A stretch of 48,612 bases of DNA from Candidatus Omnitrophota bacterium (GCA_043823435.1 JBDRAV010000015.1:1-48612), one strand, 5' to 3'; positions 10,102 to 20,313 are shown, counted from the first letter of the stretch. Numbers and translations are program-made. Notes: generated by a model not told the origin, from the sequence alone.

Positions 10102-11157
10102 TTATTTCTCCTGTTCGTAGTTTATCGCCCTGATCGGGAAAGGAATCACAATACCCTCTTTGGTATAACGTTCGTGCAGCCTCTTGACAAATTCATGCTT
10201 AACCAGATACTGGTCAACAAACTCCTTCGCCCTCAGGATTACGGTAAAATCAATGCTGGAACTGTTAAAGGTGTGGTACCTGATAAAGGGGTCAAAAGCG
10301 GGGACGCCTCCAGTGACTTCTTTCATCACTTCTTTGCCCACTTCACAGGTAATCTTTTCGACTTTCTTTAGATCGCTTTTGTAATGTACGCCTACATTTA
10401 TCAGTACTGCCATCTCTTTGTCCGGCAAACAGTAATTGATCACGATAACCTTGGTCAATTTCTCGTTGGGGACCAATACTACATTATTAGGCAGCATCCT
10501 TATCTTGGTCGTGCGCCAGGTGATATCCATGACATACCCTTCATTCCCGGAATCCAGCTTTAGATAATCCCCCACCCTTATCTGCTTTGCCATAATAATA
10601 TGGAATCCGGAAAAAAAGTTAGAGAGCGTATCCTGTAAGGCCAAGGCCACGGCTAGCCCGCCTACGCCCAAAGTAGCCAGAATAGGGGTTATAGAGATAC
10701 CCAGGCTATTTAAAATAATCAGGATACCTACGCAGAAAATAATAATCCGGCTGATATTTTGGGTAAGCGAGGTTACCGGCAGGGTTGTCTCTACCTTGCT
10801 GGAGTAGATTTTTATAAGTTTGGCGGATATGTTTGCAAAGACTAAAGTTACGGAAAAGATGCCCAGTATAAGCAAGATTTTATTGACTGTATGGGTTAAA
10901 TCCTGCGGAAGTTTTGAGAATTCCAGGGCAAAATAAATACCCAACATCAGGAACCATATAATGAACGGGCCCTTGACCGCAGTGATAATCGCGTCGTCAA
11001 CCTGCGATTTAGTATTTCTGGCCCAAAGGGTAAACCGTTGAAAGATAACCTTGCGCAGGATATATCCTAACAGCATAGTTACCAATAAGATTAACGCGGG
11101 AAGGAATATCTCAAATAATTTCTGTCCTGAAACGGAAAGATCAAGATACTGTAACAT
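10102..11157 (-). CDS. mscS: Small-conductance mechanosensitive channel (MscS family)
   Basis: LGVGGLAVALALQDTLSNFFSG, VGD, ITWRTT, VPN and IPFP motifs. Confidence 0.9.
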   Translation of the reverse strand: MLQYLDLSVSGQKLFEIFLPALILLVTMLLGYILRKVIFQRFTLWARNTKSQVDDAIITAVKGPFIIWFLMLGIYFALEFSKLPQDLTHTVNKILLILGIFSVTLVFANISAKLIKIYSSKVETTLPVTSLTQNISRIIIFCVGILIILNSLGISITPILATLGVGGLAVALALQDTLSNFFSGFHIIMAKQIRVGDYLKLDSGNEGYVMDITWRTTKIRMLPNNVVLVPNEKLTKVIVINYCLPDKEMAVLINVGVHYKSDLKKVEKITCEVGKEVMKEVTGGVPAFDPFIRYHTFNSSSIDFTVILRAKEFVDQYLVKHEFVKRLHERYTKEGIVIPFPIRAINYEQEK

Positions 11158-11181
11158 AGATAGGCTCCTTTGCTATAGAAC

Positions 11182-11216
11182 AAAAAACCACCACCCTATA
11201 ATCCTAAAGATGGCGG
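11182..11216 (-). terminator. Intrinsic terminator hairpin in the mscS leader (attenuator)
   Basis: Minus strand CCGCCATCTT-loop-AGGGTGGTGG followed by TTTTTTGTT, between the promoter and the mscS SD. Confidence 0.7.
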
Positions 11217-11239
11217 CCCGAACATATTAAAAGAGGCTC

Positions 11240-11290
11240 TTAAATTCTTCTCCCCGGACCCCCCAAGGTAATTATGCTGTTTTCCCTCAT
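11240..11290 (-). CDS. Putative 16-aa leader peptide MRENSIITLGGPGRRI
   Basis: Manual translation. Starts about 10 nt after the -10 box and covers the 5' arm of a possible antiterminator. Confidence 0.45.
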   Translation of the reverse strand: MRENSIITLGGPGRRI

Positions 11291-11300
11291 TACTGTAATT

Positions 11301-11328
11301 ATTATACAGCATTTTGAATAAAACGCAA
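11301..11328 (-). promoter_or_regulatory. Promoter of the mscS-trehalose operon
   Basis: TTGCGT-16 nt-TATAAT. Confidence 0.6.
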
Positions 11329-11373
11329 CCTTTTCTCAAAATAATTTTTTGTAAGAAAGTTAATGCGCGGTCT

Positions 11374-11667
11374 TTAGGTAACTTCTTCTATGGGCAGGAC
11401 GAATGCCTTAACGCCTTCTTTACCTAGCTTCTTACGCAGTTCTTTGATGCAGGAGATCAGCTGGCGGGATTCTTTTTCTTCACAGGCAATATAAAGAAGA
11501 CTATTCCTCCCCGGCCAGATATCATTGCCTAAATGGGTGCCGGAAGTGGTACCCTTACCGAACGTGCCCGTGGCCTTGGTATAATTTTCTAACCCGCAAG
11601 CAGATAAAACCTCCATTACTTCGGTATCTACAGCCTCATTGTAAGAAACCATTACCATCTTATTCAT
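11374..11667 (-). CDS. PG0541-family transporter-associated PII-like protein
   Basis: NYTK...G.G..SGTHLGNDIWPG.N motif; lies downstream of an RND permease as is typical for this family. Confidence 0.75.
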   Translation of the reverse strand: MNKMVMVSYNEAVDTEVMEVLSACGLENYTKATGTFGKGTTSGTHLGNDIWPGRNSLLYIACEEKESRQLISCIKELRKKLGKEGVKAFVLPIEEVT

Positions 11668-11673
11668 ATCTTT

Positions 11674-14600
11674 TTACCCCCCCTTCTTAACCCTTGCCTC
11701 CATTACCGCGTAAAGCGTAGGCACAAATAACATGGTAACAAGCGTAGAAACAGCCAGGCCGCCGATCATAGTTGTGCCTAACGGCTGCCAGACCTCCGAA
11801 CCTTCCCCCCTTGAGAGCGCCAAAGGCAAAAGGGCTGCTATGGTGGTGATCGTAGTCATCAGGACCGGCCTTAAACGCTCCTTACCTCCGCGGGTTACCG
11901 ACTCCAATACAGAATAACCCCTGGCGCGCAGTATATTGATATAACTTATAAGCACTATTGCATTATTGACCACGATACCCATGAGCATGATTATGCCGAG
12001 GAAACTGATAACACTAAGGGTCGTACCGGTCAAAAGAAATGCCAGGAATACCCCGCTGAAAGTAAACGGCACGGCGAACATGACGATAAAAGGGTCTAAG
12101 AGCGATTCAAACTGGGCAGCCATGACCATATATACCAGGACGATACCCAGCATAAGCAGAAGGGTAAGATCCTTAAAGGCCTTGGACTGCTCTTCTGCCT
12201 CGCCTCCGAAATTAAGCATGATATCGTCGGGCAAGACTATCTTATCCAACCCCTTCTTTATATCTTCCCTGACCTTTCCTGCCGAACGGCGAAAGACGTT
12301 ACACTCTACCTTGACTACCCTCTCGCGGTTCTTACGCTCTATCTCGACCGGTCCGGTTACTTCGAAGACCCGGGCGAAGTTGGCAAGACGCACGTGTCTT
12401 CCCGTAACCGGAGAAACCAGCGCCAGACTGTCGATATCCTCTATCTTAGAACGCGACCCTTCTTCAAGCCTGACATAAATGTCGTAAGTCTCGCCCTTCT
12501 CGCGGTATTTACTGGCTGTCGAGCCTTCGATAAATGTCTTGATGCTGGAGGCAATAGTATTCATATCCAGCCCCAAGTTAGCCGCTTTCTCCCTGTCTAC
12601 GGCTATCCTTAACTCGGGGCGGTTTATCTCTCTTGAGATACTCACATCTACCGCTCCGGGGACACTCTCCACCATCTCCTTTATCTCCTCGGCCAGGGCA
12701 TTAGTCTCTATGAACGAATGCCCGATGATCTCAAGCTGTATTGCCTTACCCCCCATACCGGTGATCATCCTGCCTATGGGGTTACCGGTAGTAATATCTA
12801 CCTTTAGCACACCCGGTATACGCCTTACCTGCTCCCTGAACGCCTGCCCTACCTCAAAAACAGAGCGTTTTCTTTTTTCTTTAGGCACCAGCTTTGCCCC
12901 GGCGACGATTATATGCTCCCCTGACTGCCCGGCACCCATAGCCCTGGCAGCCCCGGGAGTAGTCCCGGGCCTGCAAAAGATCAGCCTCGCCTCAGGGACA
13001 TACTTTTGTAAGATATCCTCTATTCTTCTGGAAACCTTATCGGTCTCTTCAAGCCTTGTACCCAAGGCAAGGTTGATAGTGGCGCGGATATCCCCGGTAT
13101 CCTCCTCGGGGATGAATTCATTGCCGATAAAACGGGTGGCAAACAGGCTGAAGATAAAGGCCCCCAGGAATCCGAAGATAACCATCTTCTTATGCCCCAA
13201 ACAAAAGGCAAGGGCCCTGGCGTAAAGATCCTCCGCGTGTTTAAACCAGTTCTCGGATATCTCGTATAGTTTCTTGAGCATGCCCTTAGAACTGGCTTTT
13301 TCCTCATCGACCTCAGAACGGGTCTTGACCTTAAAGAATTTTGAACAAAGCATAGGGGTAAAAGTCACGGCGGTAAAAAGGGAGGCCAGGAGCGTCACTA
13401 TAACAATAACCGCTAATTCCCCGAACATGATCCCGACGATACCGCTGACCAATAGCATGGGCATAAAGATAACTACGGTAGTCAGGGTAGAGGCACCTAT
13501 CGCAAGCAGCATCTCGGAGGCCCCAAAGATAGCGGCTTCATGCGGCCTTTGGCCGCGCTCAAAGTGGCGATAAACGTTATCTACGATGACAATGGCATTA
13601 TCCACGACCATACCGCAGGCGATAGCCAGGGAAGAAAGGCTGATGGTATTTATGGTGCTGCCACTTGAGAAGAGGTATATAAAAGCGATCAGGAGCGAGA
13701 AAGGGATAGTCAGGGCGATGATCAGGCTACTCTTGAATTGCCTTAGGAAAAACCAGACTACCAGGATAACAAAGAATATCCCATACCATAGCGCTGATGT
13801 CAGCGAATCAAGGGCGTTAATAATATCCTGGGAGCTATCAAATATGGTAAACATCTTCACATCGGAGGGAAGACTATTCTCCAGCCCCTTCAGCCTCTCT
13901 TTGACGCGCGTTGCTACTTCTACGGTATTGACCCCGGTCTGTTTCTGGATAGACAACAGGAGGCCTAAGTGCCTGTTAATCCTAACATTCATAGTTACTT
14001 CCTTAAAACTATCCTCGATCCTGGCTACATCCTTAAGATAAACCGATTTACCGTCGCGTTTGCCCAAGATGATCAGGTTCATCTCCTCGGGGCTGGCGAA
14101 CTCTCCTGGCAGGCGCAGAAGATAATCCGTGAGCCCTGATTTTATGCTGCCCAGGGGCTGGGTGATATTCTCCTTGTTGATAGCATCCTCTATATCCAAT
14201 ATAGAGAACCCGTATCCTTCCAGCCGCTCCCGGTTTATCCAGACATTTATCTGCCTCTCAAGCCCCCCGTATAGCTGCACCGTCCCCACTCCCGGAAGCT
14301 GCCTGAGCGCATCCCCCACCCTCTTATCTATCAGGTCATAGAGTTCGGAATATGACTGCTCCGCGGTTATCCCCATGAAAAGAATCGGGGTCATCGCGGT
14401 ATTGAATTTATAGATAAAAGGATTATCCATCTCATCCGGGATATCGGGAAGGAAGCGCTTGGCGCGCTCTATACGGTCGCGGATATCATTGGAGGCTTCA
14501 TCCAGATTGGTCCCCCACTTGAATTTCAGGGTAATCAAAGAGACCCCCTCCAAAGAACGGGAAGTGAGCTTATCCAGGCCGGGAGTAGTCGCAAGCTGGT

Positions 14601-14805
14601 TCTCCAGAGGGTCAGTCACTTTTATCTCGACGTCTTCGGGGCTTGCCCCGAAATAAGAAGCGATCACGGTGATCGCCGGAGGCTCAATTTCGGGCATCTG
14701 GTCAATCCCTAAACGCGAGAGGCTATAAAGGGCAATAATCAGGATAGCCGAAAAGATCATTAAATTGGTAACCGGCCTTTTAACGCCGAATTCGGGAAGA
14801 TTCAT
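11674..14805 (-). CDS. RND efflux permease (AcrB/AcrD/AcrF family)
   Basis: 1043 aa; GMVVDNAIV, GIVVNNAIV and RLRPVLMTT motifs. Confidence 0.95.
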   Translation of the reverse strand: MNLPEFGVKRPVTNLMIFSAILIIALYSLSRLGIDQMPEIEPPAITVIASYFGASPEDVEIKVTDPLENQLATTPGLDKLTSRSLEGVSLITLKFKWGTNLDEASNDIRDRIERAKRFLPDIPDEMDNPFIYKFNTAMTPILFMGITAEQSYSELYDLIDKRVGDALRQLPGVGTVQLYGGLERQINVWINRERLEGYGFSILDIEDAINKENITQPLGSIKSGLTDYLLRLPGEFASPEEMNLIILGKRDGKSVYLKDVARIEDSFKEVTMNVRINRHLGLLLSIQKQTGVNTVEVATRVKERLKGLENSLPSDVKMFTIFDSSQDIINALDSLTSALWYGIFFVILVVWFFLRQFKSSLIIALTIPFSLLIAFIYLFSSGSTINTISLSSLAIACGMVVDNAIVIVDNVYRHFERGQRPHEAAIFGASEMLLAIGASTLTTVVIFMPMLLVSGIVGIMFGELAVIVIVTLLASLFTAVTFTPMLCSKFFKVKTRSEVDEEKASSKGMLKKLYEISENWFKHAEDLYARALAFCLGHKKMVIFGFLGAFIFSLFATRFIGNEFIPEEDTGDIRATINLALGTRLEETDKVSRRIEDILQKYVPEARLIFCRPGTTPGAARAMGAGQSGEHIIVAGAKLVPKEKRKRSVFEVGQAFREQVRRIPGVLKVDITTGNPIGRMITGMGGKAIQLEIIGHSFIETNALAEEIKEMVESVPGAVDVSISREINRPELRIAVDREKAANLGLDMNTIASSIKTFIEGSTASKYREKGETYDIYVRLEEGSRSKIEDIDSLALVSPVTGRHVRLANFARVFEVTGPVEIERKNRERVVKVECNVFRRSAGKVREDIKKGLDKIVLPDDIMLNFGGEAEEQSKAFKDLTLLLMLGIVLVYMVMAAQFESLLDPFIVMFAVPFTFSGVFLAFLLTGTTLSVISFLGIIMLMGIVVNNAIVLISYINILRARGYSVLESVTRGGKERLRPVLMTTITTIAALLPLALSRGEGSEVWQPLGTTMIGGLAVSTLVTMLFVPTLYAVMEARVKKGG

Positions 14806-14812
14806 CTTTTCT

Positions 14813-15700
14813 CTACTTTTTAGTTTCTTCTATTTCCACGCTTACCGGACTATTTTCCTTGAGCCTCTGTTGTCCCATGATTACAACGAGGTCCCCTTCT
14901 TTCACGCCTTCGCGCACCTGGTAATACGGCCCTTCGCGTAACCCTAAACTTACTTTTCTTAAAACCGCCTTATTATCCTTTATCAAATATACATATAGGT
15001 CCGGCTCCTTACCCATCACCGCTTCTTTCATGATGGCCGGGACGTCTTTATGCTCCTTCAGGACCAGCCTTACTCTCGAAAACATGCCGGATTTTAAGCG
15101 GTGTTGAGGATTATCTACGGTTATCTCGACCGGGGCTGAACGCGTTTCTAAATCCACAACGGGGCTCACCTTGGTCACGATACCGAGGAACTCTTCTTCA
15201 GGATATGCATCCACACCGATCGTGGCTGACTGCCCTAAAGAAACCTGGGGAAGATATTTCTCCGGCACATCCAAATCTATCTTTACCTTATCCATGTCTA
15301 CCACTAATGCTACGGGTGTCTGCGTCGTCACATTCTCTCCGATATCCACGTAAACCCTTCCCACAATTCCGGTCAGAGGGCTTTCAACAGGAGCCTTCTC
15401 AAATTTAAATCCGACCTCATCGCGGTCAATGTATAAAATAGGCTCCCCCTTGCTAACGTGGATCCCGTCCTCTTTTATCTTCTCGATAATCTTTCCGTTT
15501 ACCCTGGGATAAACCATTGCTTCATCCTTGGCCTTGATGTTGCCGACATACTCCAGTATTTCAGAAAGATCCCTGAGTTCAACCCGCATGGCCTTTACCG
15601 GAACCGCTTCCGCGGTTTTGGATATATCTTCTTTCTTGGCGCAAGCCGCTAATGAAAAAAGGCAAAGCGCTATGATTAAAACCAGATTGATCTTTTTCAT
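14813..15700 (-). CDS. RND periplasmic adaptor (membrane fusion protein), lipoprotein
   Basis: LAAC lipobox; lipoyl and beta-barrel motifs (SPLTGIV, LKSGMF). The alpha-hairpin is very short. Confidence 0.88.
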   Translation of the reverse strand: MKKINLVLIIALCLFSLAACAKKEDISKTAEAVPVKAMRVELRDLSEILEYVGNIKAKDEAMVYPRVNGKIIEKIKEDGIHVSKGEPILYIDRDEVGFKFEKAPVESPLTGIVGRVYVDIGENVTTQTPVALVVDMDKVKIDLDVPEKYLPQVSLGQSATIGVDAYPEEEFLGIVTKVSPVVDLETRSAPVEITVDNPQHRLKSGMFSRVRLVLKEHKDVPAIMKEAVMGKEPDLYVYLIKDNKAVLRKVSLGLREGPYYQVREGVKEGDLVVIMGQQRLKENSPVSVEIEETKK

Positions 15701-17277
15701 CCTTCCTCCAATTTCACGTTATTTTTCATAAGCGTCCGGCCTTCTGACCTGTCCAGATTAATAAATGCGATATTATAATCTATCACCGCCTTTAAATAAT
15801 CAAGTTCGGCCTGTGTCAATTTCTCCTGGTAATCCAGCATGTCGTGGGTAGAAACCTGACCCGCAGCGTAGCGCTCTGTCTGCGCCGCGTAATTCTGTTT
15901 CTCCTTTTCACTGGAAAGCCTGGCGGCCTCAACCTGCCGCGCCTGTATGTCAACGGCCCTGACCTTGTCCCTTACTTCCAGGATGATATTCTGCTCTAAC
16001 CTTTTAAAAGCCAGGAGCGCCTGTGCCTTTTCCAGCTTGCGCTGCCCTAACTTCGCGCGTTCAGCCGTGCCCCAGGGCAGGCTTATCTGTAAACCTACGC
16101 TCCAGTCGCGATAATTACTATTTGCATTTTTCAGCGCTTCCCGATATTCATCACCCAGACCGTTTAGACCGAAACTGGAAACCAGATCTACCGTAGGAAA
16201 GAGCGCATTCCTGGCGGTAACTATCCTTATATCCCTGTTTTTTAAAGCGAATTTTTGCGAATTATAGTCAGGCCGGTATACAAAGGCATTCTTTAAAGAC
16301 TCGACCAGGTCTACCTTTTCTTCCTTGAAATCCGGTTTTGGGTCTATTAACTCCACCTTCGCGTTCCAGACCTCGGGGTCATCCACCAAATTAGTGATCA
16401 GTTTGAGGTCATCCTGTGCCTTCTTGAGGCTTGCTTCCGCGCCAAGGATCGCCTTTTCCCTTTCGGCAAGGGCCGTCTCGGTTTCCAGGAGGTCGACCGA
16501 ACTCAATAATCCTTTTTCATAACGCGCGTTATTTATCCTAAAGAGTTCCTGCGCGCGCCCCAAAGAAACCTTAAGCAACGCGTAATTCTCCAGATAATAA
16601 ATGTAGTCGTAATAAGCCGTCTTAGTGCGGCTGATAATATCCATGACCTTATCTTTAAAGGTTTCTACCGAAGTCTGTTTATTATTGCGGGCGATAATAA
16701 TATCCGCGCGGTTAACAAGCACACCGAACCCCTTAAAAAGCGGCTGGGTTATGGTAATCTTCGGCTCTGCAGAATAATAGGGGTTAAATATCTGAAAAGA
16801 GGAACTGCTCTTATATCTCTGGCCGAATAATTCCACGTCGTATTCGGTGCCGGTAATCAATTTCCCCGAAACCGATGTATTAAAAGTGGTGTCATGCGAA
16901 CCGAAGGTGCTGGCGCCTGCCCCTTGCAGACCGGAAGTGGCGATCTCGGTATTATCGTGAACTGTAAAATCCACGCCGAAGACGGGTTCAAAATCCGCCT
17001 TGGCGATATTTACGTCGGCCTCTCTTAATTCAGGCTCAATACGCTCTATTTTGATCTCGGAATTATTCTTTAAGGCATAGGCGATGCAATCTACCAGGCC
17101 GATCTTTAATATCCTGTCCTGGTTGGATGAGGCAATAAAGATGGCTTTCTCTATCTCTCTTTGCCTCTCCTCTTCGGCGGCGCTTGTAAACTTTGTGCCG
17201 GCGGCAAAAGAATTGCGGCTTAATAACAATAAATTTATCAGCAAAAGAAACAGGGCTCTCTTCATTATGCGGTTCAT
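15697..17277 (-). CDS. TolC-family outer-membrane efflux protein
   Basis: Signal peptide; two OEP repeats (ALKNN, QPLF, RYEKG; FPTVDL, RYAAG). Confidence 0.9.
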   Translation of the reverse strand: MNRIMKRALFLLLINLLLLSRNSFAAGTKFTSAAEEERQREIEKAIFIASSNQDRILKIGLVDCIAYALKNNSEIKIERIEPELREADVNIAKADFEPVFGVDFTVHDNTEIATSGLQGAGASTFGSHDTTFNTSVSGKLITGTEYDVELFGQRYKSSSSFQIFNPYYSAEPKITITQPLFKGFGVLVNRADIIIARNNKQTSVETFKDKVMDIISRTKTAYYDYIYYLENYALLKVSLGRAQELFRINNARYEKGLLSSVDLLETETALAEREKAILGAEASLKKAQDDLKLITNLVDDPEVWNAKVELIDPKPDFKEEKVDLVESLKNAFVYRPDYNSQKFALKNRDIRIVTARNALFPTVDLVSSFGLNGLGDEYREALKNANSNYRDWSVGLQISLPWGTAERAKLGQRKLEKAQALLAFKRLEQNIILEVRDKVRAVDIQARQVEAARLSSEKEKQNYAAQTERYAAGQVSTHDMLDYQEKLTQAELDYLKAVIDYNIAFINLDRSEGRTLMKNNVKLEEG

Positions 17278-17732
17278 TTAACGGCCGGATTATCTCTGGT
17301 CAGTATCTCCTTTATGCGCACCAGTATTCTCAGGTAGTCCCGGCGGTCATCTTCGCGAATACTGCCGAATATATTTATAATCATCTTCCGGCGCTGTTCG
17401 TTAACCCTCCTTACCAGTTCGCTGCCTCTGGCCGTCAGTTTTATCTTAATTATCCTTCTGTCTTCTGGATTATAGACCCGGGCAGCATAGCCGGCGTTGA
17501 CTAACCTCTCCACGATACCCGTCATCGCTGCGGTAGTCACATGCATGAAATGCGCGATATCCGTCATTCTCGATTCGCCCTGCCTGTTCAAGAAGTCCAG
17601 GATCAGGAATTGGGGGAGGGTGATCTTCCCTTTATATAATTCATTCGCCTGGCGCCGGGCAAAACCCTGGATGACCCCAGGCATAACCTCGCTCATCTTA
17701 TCCGCAAATTCCAGTAAGGAGCTTTGGGACAT
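17274..17732 (-). CDS. MarR-family transcriptional regulator
   Basis: ITLPQFLIL...MTGIVERLVNAGY...EDRR...LTARG; first gene of the efflux operon. Confidence 0.9.
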   Translation of the reverse strand: MSQSSLLEFADKMSEVMPGVIQGFARRQANELYKGKITLPQFLILDFLNRQGESRMTDIAHFMHVTTAAMTGIVERLVNAGYAARVYNPEDRRIIKIKLTARGSELVRRVNEQRRKMIINIFGSIREDDRRDYLRILVRIKEILTRDNPAVK

Positions 17733-17807
17733 AGTTAATCCTCTTAATAATAAGTACTATTGATTATTAACTATGTTAAGTATATTCGAAAAAGCGTTAA
17801 ATGTCAA
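17730..17807 (-). promoter_or_regulatory. marR promoter with inverted repeat (putative autoregulatory site)
   Basis: TTGACA(17802-07)-17 nt-TATACT(17779-84). 10-bp inverted repeat CATAGTTAAT (17730-39) / ATTAACTATG (17766-75). Confidence 0.65.
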
Positions 17808-17893
17808 GAACTTTAACTGTGGGAATTTATGGTTTTAAAGGGGGTCTCTAGGAATGGAAACCACTACTGCGGCCAGAAAAAGCGACATTCAGC

Positions 17894-18409
17894 CTAAAGC
17901 GTATTTATTAACCTGATGAGGAATTTATGTTCAGTCTCAACCATCTGAAGGTTATGCTCTAAAATGTAGGTTAATGATGGCGGGTCCTTCTTTCTTAAAG
18001 AGGCAAGCGTCTGTTTCAGGCCCTCTGCGAGCCTTACCAAGACAACCGTGCGTGCGCACAACCTGCGTTTTGCGATATGCGGATTCATATAATCCAGAAA
18101 ATAAAGGCTTAAATCCAGGCTGAACTGCGGACGTTTAAAATCAAGCAGGCTCTTGGTAAGCAATTGGCTAAACCTGTCTTTGCCTTTTCGGGTCAGGGCA
18201 TAGGTAAGGCGCTGCGGGCGCCTCCCTGCCTTGCTTATCTTTTTGGTTACCAGCCCTTCTTTCTCCATGATGCGTAAAGGATAATATATGGATTTCAGGT
18301 CTACGCCCGCGAATAAGGATAAAATCTTCCCGATCTTTTTCTTTATCTCGTATCCGTGTTTCGGGCTCTCTTTAAGCAGGCCGAGCAGGATTAATTCATG
18401 CCCCATCAT
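17894..18409 (-). CDS. PadR-family transcriptional regulator
   Basis: ILLGLL...HGYEI...SIYYPL...EGLV...YALT.KG motif. Confidence 0.88.
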   Translation of the reverse strand: MMGHELILLGLLKESPKHGYEIKKKIGKILSLFAGVDLKSIYYPLRIMEKEGLVTKKISKAGRRPQRLTYALTRKGKDRFSQLLTKSLLDFKRPQFSLDLSLYFLDYMNPHIAKRRLCARTVVLVRLAEGLKQTLASLRKKDPPSLTYILEHNLQMVETEHKFLIRLINTL

Positions 18410-19353
18410 CCTATGACACCTATTCTTCTGAATTTCTGATACCTTAATTTAAGTAATTCCTCTTTTTTTAACGTGTCCAATTCATCTAGATTGCTGTTTA
18501 TAGCTTTTTTTAAGGTCTGGCCCATAGCCTGCGGGTCTGTATGCGCTCCCCCTAAAGGCTCGGGTATCACCTCATCAATAATATTCATCTTTAAGAGGTC
18601 AGGGGCGGTTAACTTTAATACCTCTGCTGCCTGGGGGGCTTTTGATCCATTCTTCCATAATATCGCCGCGCAACCTTCGGGCGAAATAACAGAATAATAG
18701 GCATTCTCCAATACAGAAACCCTGTCCGCAACTCCTATCCCCAATGCCCCTCCCGAACCGCCCTCTCCGATAATAACAGCCACAAGGGGCACGGCCATAC
18801 TGATCATTTCTCTTAAATTAAGCGCGATCGCCTGTGCCTGGCCGCGCTCCTCTGCGCCCACTCCGGGATAGGCTCCGGGGGTATCGATAAACATCACCAC
18901 CGGCAAATTGAATTTTTCCGCCAGCCGCATTAACCTGAGGGCCTTACGGTAACCTTCAGGGTGGGCACAACCAAAATTGCGGCTCAGGTTCTCTTTAGTA
19001 TCCCTGCCTTTCTGATGCCCGATAACTATGATCTTTTTGCGGCCGATCTTGGCAAACCCCCCAATCATAGCTTTATCGTCAGAAAAGGTGCGGTCGCCGC
19101 GCAATTCAATGAAATCTGACATGATCATATTGATGTAATCCTGGGTGTAAGGCCTCCGCGGATGCCGGGCTATCTGCACCTTTTGCCAGGCGCTCAGATT
19201 GCCATAAGTATCATGCCTTAACCGTTCTAATTTCTCTTCAAGGCGCTTTACCTCGGATGAAAGGTCGATCTTCTTGTCCGAAATAAACCCCCTTAATTCC
19301 TGGATCTTCTTCTCCAGCTCTATAATTGGTTTTTCAAAATCCAATCCGCTCAT
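18406..19353 (-). CDS. accA: Acetyl-CoA carboxylase carboxyltransferase alpha subunit
   Basis: [33 protein letters not shown] and [13 protein letters not shown] motifs. Confidence 0.97.
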   Translation of the reverse strand: MSGLDFEKPIIELEKKIQELRGFISDKKIDLSSEVKRLEEKLERLRHDTYGNLSAWQKVQIARHPRRPYTQDYINMIMSDFIELRGDRTFSDDKAMIGGFAKIGRKKIIVIGHQKGRDTKENLSRNFGCAHPEGYRKALRLMRLAEKFNLPVVMFIDTPGAYPGVGAEERGQAQAIALNLREMISMAVPLVAVIIGEGGSGGALGIGVADRVSVLENAYYSVISPEGCAAILWKNGSKAPQAAEVLKLTAPDLLKMNIIDEVIPEPLGGAHTDPQAMGQTLKKAINSNLDELDTLKKEELLKLRYQKFRRIGVIG

Positions 19354-19386
19354 TCTGGATAATGTTCGATGGCCTATTGTTAAAGA

Positions 19387-20199
19387 TTAGTCGATAATCG
19401 TCACTTCTGTCCCGATAGGAACTATCATATATAATTCCTTTACTTCGGGATTAGACATGCGTATGCAACCCTGGGTGACCTGTTTACCCAGGTTCTGGGG
19501 GTCTATGGTGCCGTGGATACCGTAACCGGTCAGGTCGAATCCCAGCCAGCGGCTACCGAGTACATTCTCAAGGCTGTCTGGCGCTACCACTAATCCGGCC
19601 TTAAACCAGGTAGGATCAATAAGCTTATTGATAATCTTAAAATTGCCTACGGGGGTAGAGTTATTCACTCCCGTGGAAACGATATAGGTCTTGATAATCT
19701 CTTCGCCAGTCTTCAGGATAAGCGTATTCTGTGACTTATCCACAACGATGCTAAAAGGCGCTATCCATACCTTAATTTTCCTCCCGGGGATGATTTTATC
19801 GTCTTTGAGGTTATTGCTCTTCATGATTAATTCAACTGTGGTATTGAATTCTCCGGCGATTCTATTCAGTGTATCCCCGGACTTTATCTCATAAAGCATG
19901 CCTCCGGGAGTCAGCATAGGAGAAAACAATAGCTTAAGGTTTATCTCTTCCGACTTTTTCTCCCAATTCATCACTTCGGGAGAATTCGGAAATTCATGGA
20001 TTAACCGCTGATAGAGCGACTTTGCCTCCAACAGCCCTCCTTTCAGTAAGGACTCTGCGGCCTGCGCCGATAGAGTGGATGAAGAAACAACCTGGCCCGC
20101 ATTTATATGTGTGTTTAGTTTTATCTTACTTATGGCCAAAAGCAGGAAAATGATAAAGACTAAAATTGAAGCAATTGTTATCAATAATCTCTTGTTCAT
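19387..20199 (-). CDS. L,D-transpeptidase with LysM domain
   Basis: N-terminal TM, LysM (GDTLNRIA), catalytic YGIHGT...TQGCIRM. Start set at MNKRLL after a GGAG SD. Confidence 0.9.
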   Translation of the reverse strand: MNKRLLITIASILVFIIFLLLAISKIKLNTHINAGQVVSSSTLSAQAAESLLKGGLLEAKSLYQRLIHEFPNSPEVMNWEKKSEEINLKLLFSPMLTPGGMLYEIKSGDTLNRIAGEFNTTVELIMKSNNLKDDKIIPGRKIKVWIAPFSIVVDKSQNTLILKTGEEIIKTYIVSTGVNNSTPVGNFKIINKLIDPTWFKAGLVVAPDSLENVLGSRWLGFDLTGYGIHGTIDPQNLGKQVTQGCIRMSNPEVKELYMIVPIGTEVTIID

Positions 20200-20241
20200 A
20201 GAAAAGCTCCTTTCGTAATAAACGGGCTGCTTACGCAAGCG

Positions 20242-20293
20242 CCCCGCTCATCTAACAGTGTGGTCCCGCCCTATATTTACATGATTAGCGGGG
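20242..20293. repeat. Dispersed palindromic element, homologous to 40081-40140 (inverted)
   Basis: 16-bp exact match TTACATGATTAGCGGG (20277-92) to the reverse complement of 40081-96. Terminal CCCCGCT...AGCGGGG stem. Confidence 0.7.
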
Positions 20294-20313
20294 AGGGACG
20301 AGTTCAGTCAGAC

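Noticed and set aside
11170-11300. c-di-AMP or Na+ riboswitch upstream of mscS
   Set aside because: No recognisable ydaO consensus (GCUGAAUCC...GGGGGA...AGCUAAC) or other known aptamer by eye; the uORF attenuator model fits better.
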